Both the position numbers and the translations under genes were made by a program. From an uncultured Chloroflexia bacterium (GTDB lineage Bacteria; Chloroflexota; UBA6077; JACCZL01): a stretch of 64,000 nucleotides of DNA. A model generated the notes under the pieces. It ran no database searches, had not been told where the DNA came from, and worked only from the letters and a program-made list of their open reading frames with translations. Position 1 is the stretch's first letter. The number at the start of each line of letters is the position of its first letter. The stretch covers positions 146,613 through 210,612 of the forward strand of contig CAVXYC010000028.1 of the NCBI GenBank assembly GCA_963765765.1, read 5' to 3'. Below, piece after piece: positions 9,542-17,835 of this stretch.

Positions 9542-12063
9542 GCTTGAGCCGCTTCGGGGTCATCACCGCCGTATTCCTCATATTGGCGGCGTGCTCGCCA
9601 TTCCGTCAGCCGACACTTGACATAGCCCTGCAGTTAGAACACTTCACCATCAAAGTCTCCAGCGAGGAGGCAATCGCCGGCGTTCTCGCCTCAATCCGAG
9701 AGAACGATTTGGGGGTTGCGAGCGTCCTGACGCCCTTGCCCATCATTGACCTCGCGGTCCGCGCCAGCGTGTCGCACTCGGCAATCAGCCGCCTCACTCA
9801 ACATCCGGACGTTCGAGAGATCGGCCCAAGCGTCCAGCTCAAAGCCCAAGTGGCGCCAAACGACCCTCTGTATCGAGACTATCAGTGGGATCTCCGTAAA
9901 CTCGAGATGGAGGCCGTATGGGAGCTCTCGCAAGGAGATCCAAGCGTCATCGTTGCCGTGCTCGATACGGGCGTCGATCGGGGGCACCCCGACCTTGGGC
10001 CAAATCTGCTTAGCGGCTTCGACTTCGTCAATGACGATTCTGATCCCTCGGACGATGGCACACACGGTACCCACGTCGCAGGCATCATCGCGGCAGTAGC
10101 GAACAATGGCGAAGGGGTGAGCGGCATGGCGCCACGGAGTCGCGTACTACCTGTGAAGGTGCTGGACTCCCAGGGGCTTGGTCCCGATGTGGCCGTTGCC
10201 AAAGGCATCATCTACGCGGTGGAACAGGGCGCACGAATCATTAATGTCAGCTCTGGCACGCCGTTCCCCTCACTGGCGCTCAAGGAAGCGGTGGAGTTCG
10301 CGGATAGGCGTGGTGCCCTCGTTGTCGGAGCCGCTGGAAACACGGCCGAACGGGACAATGCAATTGTATTCCCCGCCGCGTACCCTCAGGTGCTCGCCGT
10401 TGGCGCACTTGACGATCGCGACGTTCCGGCGCCCTTCTCACAGCGCCAACAATACGTGTCCATCTCAGCACCAGGTGTGAACATCGCCAGTACAATCTGG
10501 CGGGCGGGTAATGCCGGCGCCGCCTACGGTTCGGGCACCGGAACTTCTGCCGCGGCGCCTCATGTCTCAGCGCTAGCGGCGCTGCTCTGGTCCGCGGATC
10601 CGAGGCTCTCGAAGACCGACGTTCGAAAGATCATTATGGATACCGCCGACGATCTAGGCCCGGCTGGTCGAGACGAAGCCACAGGCGTCGGACGGTTGAA
10701 TCCTGGGCGCGCGCTCCGGAGCATCGACGCATCGGTACCGAAGCCGGTAACAGAACCACAAAACGCCGTGGAAACGGCATCGGCGCCTTCAGGGTCAGCA
10801 CCAGCCGCGCCGCTACAGCCCGTTACTCCACCGGCGATTGGGTCACCCGCCGTCAGTGGCCCACGGCAATGGTACTTTGCCGATGGACGAACTCGAAACA
10901 ACGCGGAGACTCGGATCGTGCTCTTCAATCCCAGCGAGTCATCGGTCTCCGGACGGATCAACTTCACTACGAGCGACGGTCGCACAAGTCAGCAGCCGTT
11001 GCGCGTGGACCCGTTTGGACGTCTCACAATCTGGGCCAACGACTTCGTTCCAGACAGTGACTTCTCAATCAAAGTAGATGCCGATGACACGTTGTATGTT
11101 GAGCGAACGGTCCTGTTTGGTCACGATGCTTCGACTCTAGCGGCAGTGCGGAGCCCCTCTACCACCTGGTATTTCGCGGAAGGCCTGGCAGATGAGGTAT
11201 ACGAGACGATTCTCGTGATCTCTAATCTGGAGAAGCGCCCGGCTCAGATCTCGATTCGCACCTTCGGAGAGAACGGCCCTGAACCGGAATTCCCCATCAC
11301 GCTTCCTGAAAACTCGCGTGTGTCAATTCAACCGGCCCAGGTTGATGATGGAGGCGCGTTCTCCACCATTGTGACTGCGGACGTGCCGGTACTCGTAGAG
11401 CGCGGTGTCTACTTCGACGGAGGCCGGGGCGGTGATGCGAATGCTGGCACCAAGGCTCCCTCGAGGGTCTGGTACTTCGCCGAGGGCGACACGCGTGATG
11501 AGTTCGACGCTACGGTCGCGCTCTTCAATCCAAACGCGGAGCCAGCGAACGTCAAGTTTCAGATTATTCGTACGGACGGACGCCCGTCCGAGCACATCAT
11601 CCCAGTGCCGGGTTTCACGCGACGTACACTCAAGCTCAACGATCTAATCCCGGATGCGCAATTCTCCATCCGGCTCGAGTCAGACGTGCCCATCGCCGCT
11701 GAACGATCGATCTACGTCGGTGGGGGAAGTCATATCGCGAGCGGTGTCACGCAGCCGGCCACCGAATGGTACCTGGCGGAGGGTGACACCATACCGCCTT
11801 TCGCGCAATCCATCGCATTGCTTAATCCTACGGATCAGAACGTCAACGTGGAGCTCACCTTCTATCCTGAAACTGGTGGCCCGCCCAAGATTGAGGCAGT
11901 GAAGCTCCGCCCGTTGAGCAGAGGTACGGTGGAGGTGGGCCGCGTGGCCCCCAACAGCCGATCTGCCGCGCGCATACTCGCGGACAAGGCGATTGTCGTT
12001 GAGCGCACGCTGTACTACGAGGATCTGCGCGGCGGCACCAGCGGGCCGGCCATTATGAAGTAA
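9523..12063 (+). CDS. S8 subtilisin-like serine protease (lipoprotein) with four C-terminal WY[FL]A[DE]G (DUF5719-like) repeats
   Basis: Triad motifs VLDTG, HGTHVAG and GTSAAAPHVS; oxyanion AAGN; LAAC lipobox; four repeats of about 100 aa. Confidence 0.92.
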   Translation: MAVARIGLSRFGVITAVFLILAACSPFRQPTLDIALQLEHFTIKVSSEEAIAGVLASIRENDLGVASVLTPLPIIDLAVRASVSHSAISRLTQHPDVREIGPSVQLKAQVAPNDPLYRDYQWDLRKLEMEAVWELSQGDPSVIVAVLDTGVDRGHPDLGPNLLSGFDFVNDDSDPSDDGTHGTHVAGIIAAVANNGEGVSGMAPRSRVLPVKVLDSQGLGPDVAVAKGIIYAVEQGARIINVSSGTPFPSLALKEAVEFADRRGALVVGAAGNTAERDNAIVFPAAYPQVLAVGALDDRDVPAPFSQRQQYVSISAPGVNIASTIWRAGNAGAAYGSGTGTSAAAPHVSALAALLWSADPRLSKTDVRKIIMDTADDLGPAGRDEATGVGRLNPGRALRSIDASVPKPVTEPQNAVETASAPSGSAPAAPLQPVTPPAIGSPAVSGPRQWYFADGRTRNNAETRIVLFNPSESSVSGRINFTTSDGRTSQQPLRVDPFGRLTIWANDFVPDSDFSIKVDADDTLYVERTVLFGHDASTLAAVRSPSTTWYFAEGLADEVYETILVISNLEKRPAQISIRTFGENGPEPEFPITLPENSRVSIQPAQVDDGGAFSTIVTADVPVLVERGVYFDGGRGGDANAGTKAPSRVWYFAEGDTRDEFDATVALFNPNAEPANVKFQIIRTDGRPSEHIIPVPGFTRRTLKLNDLIPDAQFSIRLESDVPIAAERSIYVGGGSHIASGVTQPATEWYLAEGDTIPPFAQSIALLNPTDQNVNVELTFYPETGGPPKIEAVKLRPLSRGTVEVGRVAPNSRSAARILADKAIVVERTLYYEDLRGGTSGPAIMK

Positions 12064-12074
12064 GTTTCACGAGC

Positions 12075-12090
12075 AGGCACGATTCCTGCC
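12075..12090 (+). promoter_or_regulatory. Possible sigma54 -24/-12 element
   Basis: AGGCAC-GATTC-CTGC gives GG-N10-GC spacing upstream of the Zn-finger gene; imperfect consensus. Confidence 0.25.
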
Positions 12091-12135
12091 CAGGGGGTGC
12101 TCCAGGACATCTGACAAGACTCAGGGAGTGACTCA

Positions 12136-12360
12136 ATGGATCAGATCTACGATATTGTCTGTATGCTCTGTGGGCGCGCTGTCGGCCAGCTTCACCGGCA
12201 CAAGCTTTATCGAGATCCCTCAGCGCATTCGATGCGCAAAGAGGGCAAACGTGCCATCTGTGGTTTCTGCGGCGGCAGCCTCTTCGTTCAGCCGGACGAC
12301 ACGGGCATGCTTCGATTCCGGGAGCATTCGTCAGAAGAGCGTCACCTCAAAGCGTCGTAA
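12136..12360 (+). CDS. Small Zn-ribbon protein (74 aa)
   Basis: CMLC and CGFC pairs; GGGAG RBS 7 nt before the ATG. Confidence 0.75.
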   Translation: MDQIYDIVCMLCGRAVGQLHRHKLYRDPSAHSMRKEGKRAICGFCGGSLFVQPDDTGMLRFREHSSEERHLKAS

Positions 12361-12417
12361 CATGTCTGCGTAAGCTCCGAAGACGGATTTCGGGCCCACG
12401 GCAGATGGAGGCCAGAT

Positions 12418-12699
12418 GTGCTTGCACGCGACGATCTTGAAGCCCGAGCGACTAACATCGCGGGTGAGCTTGTGGAACGCCTGGTCGGATCAGCGGAGGA
12501 TGTGGATTATCGGAGCGGCACGTATCTTCTGGCCTCCATCGCCGCGGAGCTAGGGCAGCATATTCATCGCCGATGTATCGAGTTGGCACGCAATGAGAAC
12601 GGTTCCTGGGAGCTCGCAGCCGCCGATGCGGACTCTCTTGTGACGGGCGCATGGCGATGTGGGGAAACCGTTTCGCAGCTCACTGAACGGGGCCTGTGA
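12418..12699 (+). CDS. Hypothetical protein (93 aa)
   Basis: GGAGG 6 nt before GTG; co-oriented with its neighbours. Confidence 0.55.
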   Translation: MLARDDLEARATNIAGELVERLVGSAEDVDYRSGTYLLASIAAELGQHIHRRCIELARNENGSWELAAADADSLVTGAWRCGETVSQLTERGL

Positions 12700-12726
12700 A
12701 TCGGGATTATCGAACAGTCGCGCCTC

Positions 12727-12755
12727 TTTACAGGGTCCGGAGCCGCTGGTATCAT
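12727..12755 (+). promoter_or_regulatory. Sigma70 promoter for a probably leaderless XRE gene
   Basis: TTTACA-17 nt-TATCAT with an extended TG; ATG at 12763 lies 7 nt downstream with no RBS. Confidence 0.65.
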
Positions 12756-12762
12756 GACCCAC

Positions 12763-13131
12763 ATGAGCGAGGAACTGAACCGTCGGATTCGCGCAGAGCT
12801 GAAACGCCGGGGACTCTCCGAGCGACGCGCCGGACAGATGATGGGCCTGAGTCCGGGCACAATTTCAGCGATTCTGACACATCCTGAGCAAAATCCGAGT
12901 CCGGCCACGTGTCTCAGGCTCGCGGAGTTTCTGGGATGGGACCAAGACATGGTCCTCGAGCTCTCAGGGCACCGCAAGCCGCCCTCTAATCGTCCTGATG
13001 CGGAATCAGCGCTGGTTGAGTTCGAACGAGCCGTACATCAGTTGCCAATCGACGAGGCGACCCGCGAGTACATCGTGGACTGGACCCGTCGGTCCATCGA
13101 ATTCAAGCACTCACAAGATTCGCGTAACTAA
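12763..13131 (+). CDS. XRE/Cro-family HTH transcriptional regulator
   Basis: RRGLSERRAGQMMGLSPGTISAIL...PSPATCLRLAEFLG is a Cro/CI-type HTH. Confidence 0.85.
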   Translation: MSEELNRRIRAELKRRGLSERRAGQMMGLSPGTISAILTHPEQNPSPATCLRLAEFLGWDQDMVLELSGHRKPPSNRPDAESALVEFERAVHQLPIDEATREYIVDWTRRSIEFKHSQDSRN

Positions 13132-13153
13132 CCACTATATACCGAGGATGCTA

Positions 13154-13184
13154 ATGGGCGACTTTCAAGTCGCCCATATTTGTT
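13154..13184 (+). terminator. Intrinsic terminator after the XRE gene
   Basis: atgggcgact-ttca-agtcgcccat followed by atttgtt. Confidence 0.7.
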
Positions 13185-13263
13185 GACCATTCAGGTTGTG
13201 GCCCTCTGCCCCTGGCTCTCCCGAGCCGCCTTTTGCTCACCCGGCCGCGAAGCCACGCAGGGT

Positions 13264-13977
13264 TCAAAACCCGCGAATCCAGCTCATGACGCGGGTCCAT
13301 GGCGGCACCGGCCGCAGGCGGCGGGTCGGTCTGTCAAGGCGTTGCTGCGGCTCGTAAGGTGGCACCGACGCCGGGGTTTGCGGTGCGAATCTCTCATCTG
13401 AGCTAGCTGGTGTGGACGTAGACTCTAGGGGAGATGCGGTGACGGCCGGCGCGCTGAGCCGGTCCAATCGCTTCCGCAGGCTTTCCCACTCTTCCGATGC
13501 CAGACCACTCACAGCCGCCGCTGGGGCATCGTCGTGTCTGACATCGACAGGGTCGCCTAAGGTCGGCTGAGCCGCTTCCAGACGCGCCTTGAGGGAGCCC
13601 ACCTCTTCGCGCAGGTCACCGTTTTCTTTGATGAGCTGCTCAATCGTCTCCACAAGTCGCGAGACGGCCGGCGCAATGGCAGTGGTCGCTAAGCCGGCCG
13701 TGTACGACTCCACCGCACGGGCGCGTGCGAGTAAATCGGGATTTCCTTCCGCTTCCTGCGAGGACGGGTCCGCAGTCTGAGGGCTCGCATCATCAGCCTC
13801 TCGGGACCCCAGCTCCCGGCGCACGGCCGCAAGTGCATCGTCGCTGATGAGTCTGACACGGCCATGGGGACCGTCGACCCAATCAGCCCGGATCTTGCCG
13901 CTGGCTACCCACTGAGTGACCCGTGTCGGATGAACACCGAGCTGGGCCGCGGCTTCTCGTACCGATAACTGCGCCAT
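13264..13977 (-). CDS. Excisionase/MerR-like HTH protein with a coiled coil
   Basis: LSVREAAAQLGVHPTRVTQWVASGKIRA N-terminus; heptad segment LIKENGDLREEVGSLKARL; amphipathic PWTRVMSWIRGF end. Confidence 0.8.
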   Translation of the reverse strand: MAQLSVREAAAQLGVHPTRVTQWVASGKIRADWVDGPHGRVRLISDDALAAVRRELGSREADDASPQTADPSSQEAEGNPDLLARARAVESYTAGLATTAIAPAVSRLVETIEQLIKENGDLREEVGSLKARLEAAQPTLGDPVDVRHDDAPAAAVSGLASEEWESLRKRLDRLSAPAVTASPLESTSTPASSDERFAPQTPASVPPYEPQQRLDRPTRRLRPVPPWTRVMSWIRGF

Positions 13978-14066
13978 ACGCCGGGGATTCTACCGGAGCT
14001 CCAGGCTGGAGCGGCGGGGCCCACATCGCGGACGTTATTGCATTCATCGTGAATGGGAAGGATTAC

Positions 14067-14723
14067 ATGGCCGATCGCTTCTCCGCGCAGTACGCGCCCA
14101 GTGCTAACGTACGAATGGTGAACAGCCAGCCTTATAAGCGCGAGCTGGGGTCGGCTCTACTGGTTGGCATCTTCGATCGAACTCTTCCTGGCGTGGCACG
14201 TGAGGTTCAGCAGCTCAGCGCGTTGATGCCCGATGCCCTCAAACTTTGGAGGATCGCCCGACCATTGCAGAATTTCGGAAGCACGCCGCGGGAGCCTCCA
14301 CCGTGCATATGGCCACACACATGGGGCATTTCGCGAGGACAATCCCGCATTTTCAGCAATCAAGTTTGCCGATGACTGGATGACCGCCGCGGACCTTGCC
14401 GAGATCTGCCGGGTACTTCTCTCATTACGCTCTTCGCATGCGAGACAGGAGTTAGCTCAGATCAGGGCGGCGGCGAGATCATGGGAATCAGTCAGGCCAT
14501 CCTGGGAGCTGGCTGTTCATCACTCATTTCGAGTCTCTGGACGGCTGACGATGAGGGAACGGTAGCGCTGATGATCGACTTTTATACGGAGCTCAAGCAC
14601 CGAGCGTCGGCCTCCCGCGCGATGCGTAGCGCCATGCTGGCCGTCCGTCAGCGTTCCGATCATCCCTCTTTCTGGGCGGCGTTCGCGGTATTCGGAGACG
14701 GCAAGCTCCCTATGTCCCGATAA
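14067..14723 (+). pseudogene. CHAT (caspase-like) domain, N-terminally truncated, with three frameshifts
   Basis: Joining frames gives YAPSA...LPGVAREV...VHMATHG.FREDNPAFSAI...LITLFACETG...GAGCSSLISSLWTADD...FY...HPSFWAAF. Confidence 0.8.
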
Positions 14724-14988
14724 CGGGGTTGCCGTCCCTGGCAGCCCGCCAACGCGGCTCCAGGTCGGCGCACAACAGGCCCAGCTCCCAGTCGTCACCT
14801 GACACGCCCTCGATGAGGATGCGTTCAAAGTCTTCCTGGCCCATCTTGTGCTGCATGAGCGCCTCGAGCTGATCTATCTTGATGCGCAGCGGATGTCTCT
14901 GAGCGTGACCCTGCGCCAATTTCCACTGGCGCTCATAATCGTGCATCATGGCGCGGCAGAACTCGTCGGGCGATACGCTGCTATTCAT
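14710..14988 (-). CDS. Hypothetical protein (92 aa)
   Basis: ATG ORF with globular-protein composition; no family recognised. Confidence 0.5.
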   Translation of the reverse strand: MNSSVSPDEFCRAMMHDYERQWKLAQGHAQRHPLRIKIDQLEALMQHKMGQEDFERILIEGVSGDDWELGLLCADLEPRWRAARDGNPVIGT

Positions 14989-15120
14989 AGCTCGTCATCC
15001 GTCACGTGGCTGCATCGCCGACTAATCACCTGAGTCCATCTGTCTCTAAACACATCTTACGTCGGTTAAGCCAACGATCGTCCGTGCCGTCGGAGTCGGA
15101 CGCGCGGTGTGTTGAGGTTT

Positions 15121-16365
15121 ATGAGTAACCAAGCGAGCCGTTGGGACGATGTGCGCGCCGACTGGCGCTTCACCGCGGGCCTTTTCTTCGTCACCGTGCT
15201 TCTGGAGACGGCCGCGTTCGGTCAGTTGACCGCGTTTACGCCGCTGTACCTGAGGCAAGTGATCGGCATGCCCGCGGAGCAAGTGCCGTTCTGGACCGGC
15301 GTGCTCGTCGCGACCTCCCTGGCCGTAGCTGTACCGCTTGCTCCCTGGTGGGGCGTACTGGCGGATCGATATAGCCGCAAGCTCTTCATCGTCCGGAGCA
15401 TGGTTGTCGATGGGATTGGCTATGCCATGGCGGCCGTCGCGACCGACCTGTGGCACGTGATCCTGCTCCGCATGGTCCTGGGGCTCTCCTACGGAAATAT
15501 TGGCATCGTGTTTGCCGCTCAATCGCTTGTCACTCCCGATCGACGCGTAGGCAGCGCCATCGGAATTATCCAGGCTGCTGTCCCTATCGGAATAAGCGTG
15601 GGGCCGCTTCTGGGGGGCCTGATCGTGGAGCGCTATGGTCTTCGTTGGCTCTTCATGATCAACTCGGCGGTGGTAGGACTGGCTTTCCTACTGACTATGG
15701 TGTTCCTCAAGGAATCGCCAGTGCGCGGAGCTGGAAGCGGAATCCGCCAACAGCTCGGAACGGTCGGGCGGTTTGTCATCAAGTCCCCACCAATTCGCTG
15801 GAATTTCATTCTCTGGTTTCTCATGGCTTGCGGAGTTTCGAGCATCGATCCCTATGTCCCAATTCTCATTGAGCGGCGCTATGACGGGCCGGACTTGCCG
15901 AGCACGATAGGTCAGATTATGGCGGTCTATGGGATTGTGACCGGGGTTGCAACGCCATTCGTGGCACGTCTGGGAGAGCGTCTGGGGCCGGACCGATGGA
16001 TGGCCATCACTACGCCGTGGCTGGCTATCGCCGTGTTGGCCATGGCCTTTGCACCCAGTCTCCCTCTTCTGGTGGCGGCGCAGCTTCTTCGAGCATTACC
16101 TCAATCGGGCACACAGGCTGTGCTTTACGCCCATATGAACGCGTACGTCCCGCGTTCACTACGCGCCTCGGTCATGGGCCTCAGCCCGCTCCCGCGAAAT
16201 TTGGCCATGCTCCTTGCTCCGCTTGGAGCAGCGGCCGCGTCTTCACTCTCGCTTAGCCTGGTATTCGTGATGGGAGCCGCTGCGTACATGCTCGCGTTCG
16301 TGGCAACGTTTCCGCTTCGCCGAGCCAGCCGAAAACAGGGGCGCGAGGTGTCAACTTCCCCCTAA
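15121..16365 (+). CDS. MFS transporter (DHA1-like)
   Basis: Motif A (WGVLADRYSRK), GPLLGG motif C, about 12 TM segments; GAGG RBS. Confidence 0.92.
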   Translation: MSNQASRWDDVRADWRFTAGLFFVTVLLETAAFGQLTAFTPLYLRQVIGMPAEQVPFWTGVLVATSLAVAVPLAPWWGVLADRYSRKLFIVRSMVVDGIGYAMAAVATDLWHVILLRMVLGLSYGNIGIVFAAQSLVTPDRRVGSAIGIIQAAVPIGISVGPLLGGLIVERYGLRWLFMINSAVVGLAFLLTMVFLKESPVRGAGSGIRQQLGTVGRFVIKSPPIRWNFILWFLMACGVSSIDPYVPILIERRYDGPDLPSTIGQIMAVYGIVTGVATPFVARLGERLGPDRWMAITTPWLAIAVLAMAFAPSLPLLVAAQLLRALPQSGTQAVLYAHMNAYVPRSLRASVMGLSPLPRNLAMLLAPLGAAAASSLSLSLVFVMGAAAYMLAFVATFPLRRASRKQGREVSTSP

Positions 16366-16513
16366 GAACACCTAGATCCAGGTCAGGTGATTGGCGGCTA
16401 CAGTAATGTCTCAATTTCAAAAGACGGGTCTTTAGATCAGTTGATCCGGCTTGACTCCTGCCTCACAGGTTGGGAAGATCGATCAGCCTCAGTCGAGCTT
16501 CGGAGGGTCACGC

Positions 16514-17284
16514 GTGATTCGGCAATGCATCGTTCTCGTTCTTACACTCGCGGCGCTCGGGCCGTTGCTGAGTCCGCTCACAGCTGAAGAAGTCGATGCG
16601 TGCGCCGCCATCGTCGACGACCGACAAGGCTCTAGCGAGGTATGCGGTGTGGAGAGGGAAGAATCGACACCATACGCGACCTGGTGGGTGCGTGCACATT
16701 CCCGCACACAGACGTTCAACGGCGGAAAAGACTCCCGGGAGATCTCTGACGAGGTAGAAGTCGGCCAGCTATTCCGGGTTCAGGCAGAACAGGATGGCCC
16801 ACGCTTGAAGGTGTGGGATCCGCGCCACGACGTTCAGACCTGGATCCCGGCCGCCTCCGTTGGTCCTGTGGACCCGCCGGCCTGGGCAGATTTCGCGGAG
16901 AACGGCCGTTGGCTAGAGGTGTCGCTGGCAGTGCCGCAGAACATCACGGCATATCAAGGCGACGAACCAGTGATGAATGCCCTGGTGACCGCCGGAACCA
17001 ATGGAACGACGTCCCCAGGGTTCTATCGAATACTTAGGCGCGTGGCGAACGAGACCATGGATTCCCGGCGTGCGCCTGGAGTAACCGACAACTACCTTCT
17101 CAAGAATGTGCTCTGGACACAGTACTTTAACTTCGATGGTGCCGCGATTCACTATAACTGGTGGGGCCCGCCGAACGGATTCGGTCGGCCGGGGAGCCAT
17201 GGCTGCCTCGGGATGATGCACAACGACTCAAAGTTCCTCTGGGACTGGGCGGGCGTAGGCACGCCTATCGTGATCCATTACTAA
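16514..17284 (+). CDS. Secreted L,D-transpeptidase (YkuD) with an N-terminal SH3-like module
   Basis: AIH...GSHGC catalytic motif; GGAGG RBS before GTG; signal peptide. Confidence 0.9.
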   Translation: MIRQCIVLVLTLAALGPLLSPLTAEEVDACAAIVDDRQGSSEVCGVEREESTPYATWWVRAHSRTQTFNGGKDSREISDEVEVGQLFRVQAEQDGPRLKVWDPRHDVQTWIPAASVGPVDPPAWADFAENGRWLEVSLAVPQNITAYQGDEPVMNALVTAGTNGTTSPGFYRILRRVANETMDSRRAPGVTDNYLLKNVLWTQYFNFDGAAIHYNWWGPPNGFGRPGSHGCLGMMHNDSKFLWDWAGVGTPIVIHY

Positions 17285-17299
17285 GGAACCCTCTAAGCA

Positions 17300-17349
17300 A
17301 GAAGCGAAAGCCCCGCGCGACATCGATGTCGCGCGGGGCTTTCGCTTCT
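17300..17349. terminator. Perfect 50 bp palindrome, bidirectional terminator
   Basis: agaagcgaaagccccgcgcgacatc|gatgtcgcgcggggctttcgcttct. Confidence 0.8.
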
Positions 17350-17412
17350 CTAGAGATCCTCTTGTGACGCCGCCGTAACGCGACCTACGTTGCAGCCACT
17401 GACGGGTTATTA

Positions 17413-17439
17413 GAACATACGTTCATCGAACACTTGTTC
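17413..17439 (+). promoter_or_regulatory. Two tandem LexA (GAAC-N4-GTTC) SOS boxes
   Basis: GAACatacGTTC (17413-17424) and GAACacttGTTC (17428-17439), directly followed by GGAGG and ATG. Confidence 0.8.
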
Positions 17440-17451
17440 TGGAGGATTCTG

Positions 17452-17835
17452 ATGTGGATCGATTCGATGGGCAATCTCTGGGTTTCAAGTCTTGGTGATA
17501 TCGTCGGACTGCTCTGCGTCGTTCTCAGCATCTTCGTGATTGCTCACGTCAGCCTGGCTCATGAGGGCAGCGTGAATTCTGCCCGCAAGCGCCTTGGCGA
17601 GTATCTGGTGGGCGCCGAGATGCTCACCAATCGTGAGCTCTACACCAAGACGTTCCGCTTCAGCCCGCGCCTGCGGCTCGATACGGCGCGCCAGCACTCC
17701 CGTATTCAGAAAGTAGTGGACCGTCACCACGTGACGGGCGCCACGATCCACGCAGCGAGCCATCCCATCCACCACCGTTGGCCGGGCCAAGCTCACGAAC
17801 GCAGGCTCCACCAGCGTGGAAAGCTTGTCGCTTAG
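17452..17835 (+). CDS. Putative SOS-regulated ORF with an N-terminal hydrophobic segment, antisense to cbiX
   Basis: GGAGG 6 nt before the ATG, downstream of two SOS boxes; most of its length overlaps cbiX, so the true length is uncertain. Confidence 0.4.
   Translation: MWIDSMGNLWVSSLGDIVGLLCVVLSIFVIAHVSLAHEGSVNSARKRLGEYLVGAEMLTNRELYTKTFRFSPRLRLDTARQHSRIQKVVDRHHVTGATIHAASHPIHHRWPGQAHERRLHQRGKLVA

Noticed and set aside
12136-14988. Prophage or integrative element suggested by the XRE and excisionase-like HTH genes
   Set aside because: No integrase, structural genes, tRNA target or att repeats were seen.
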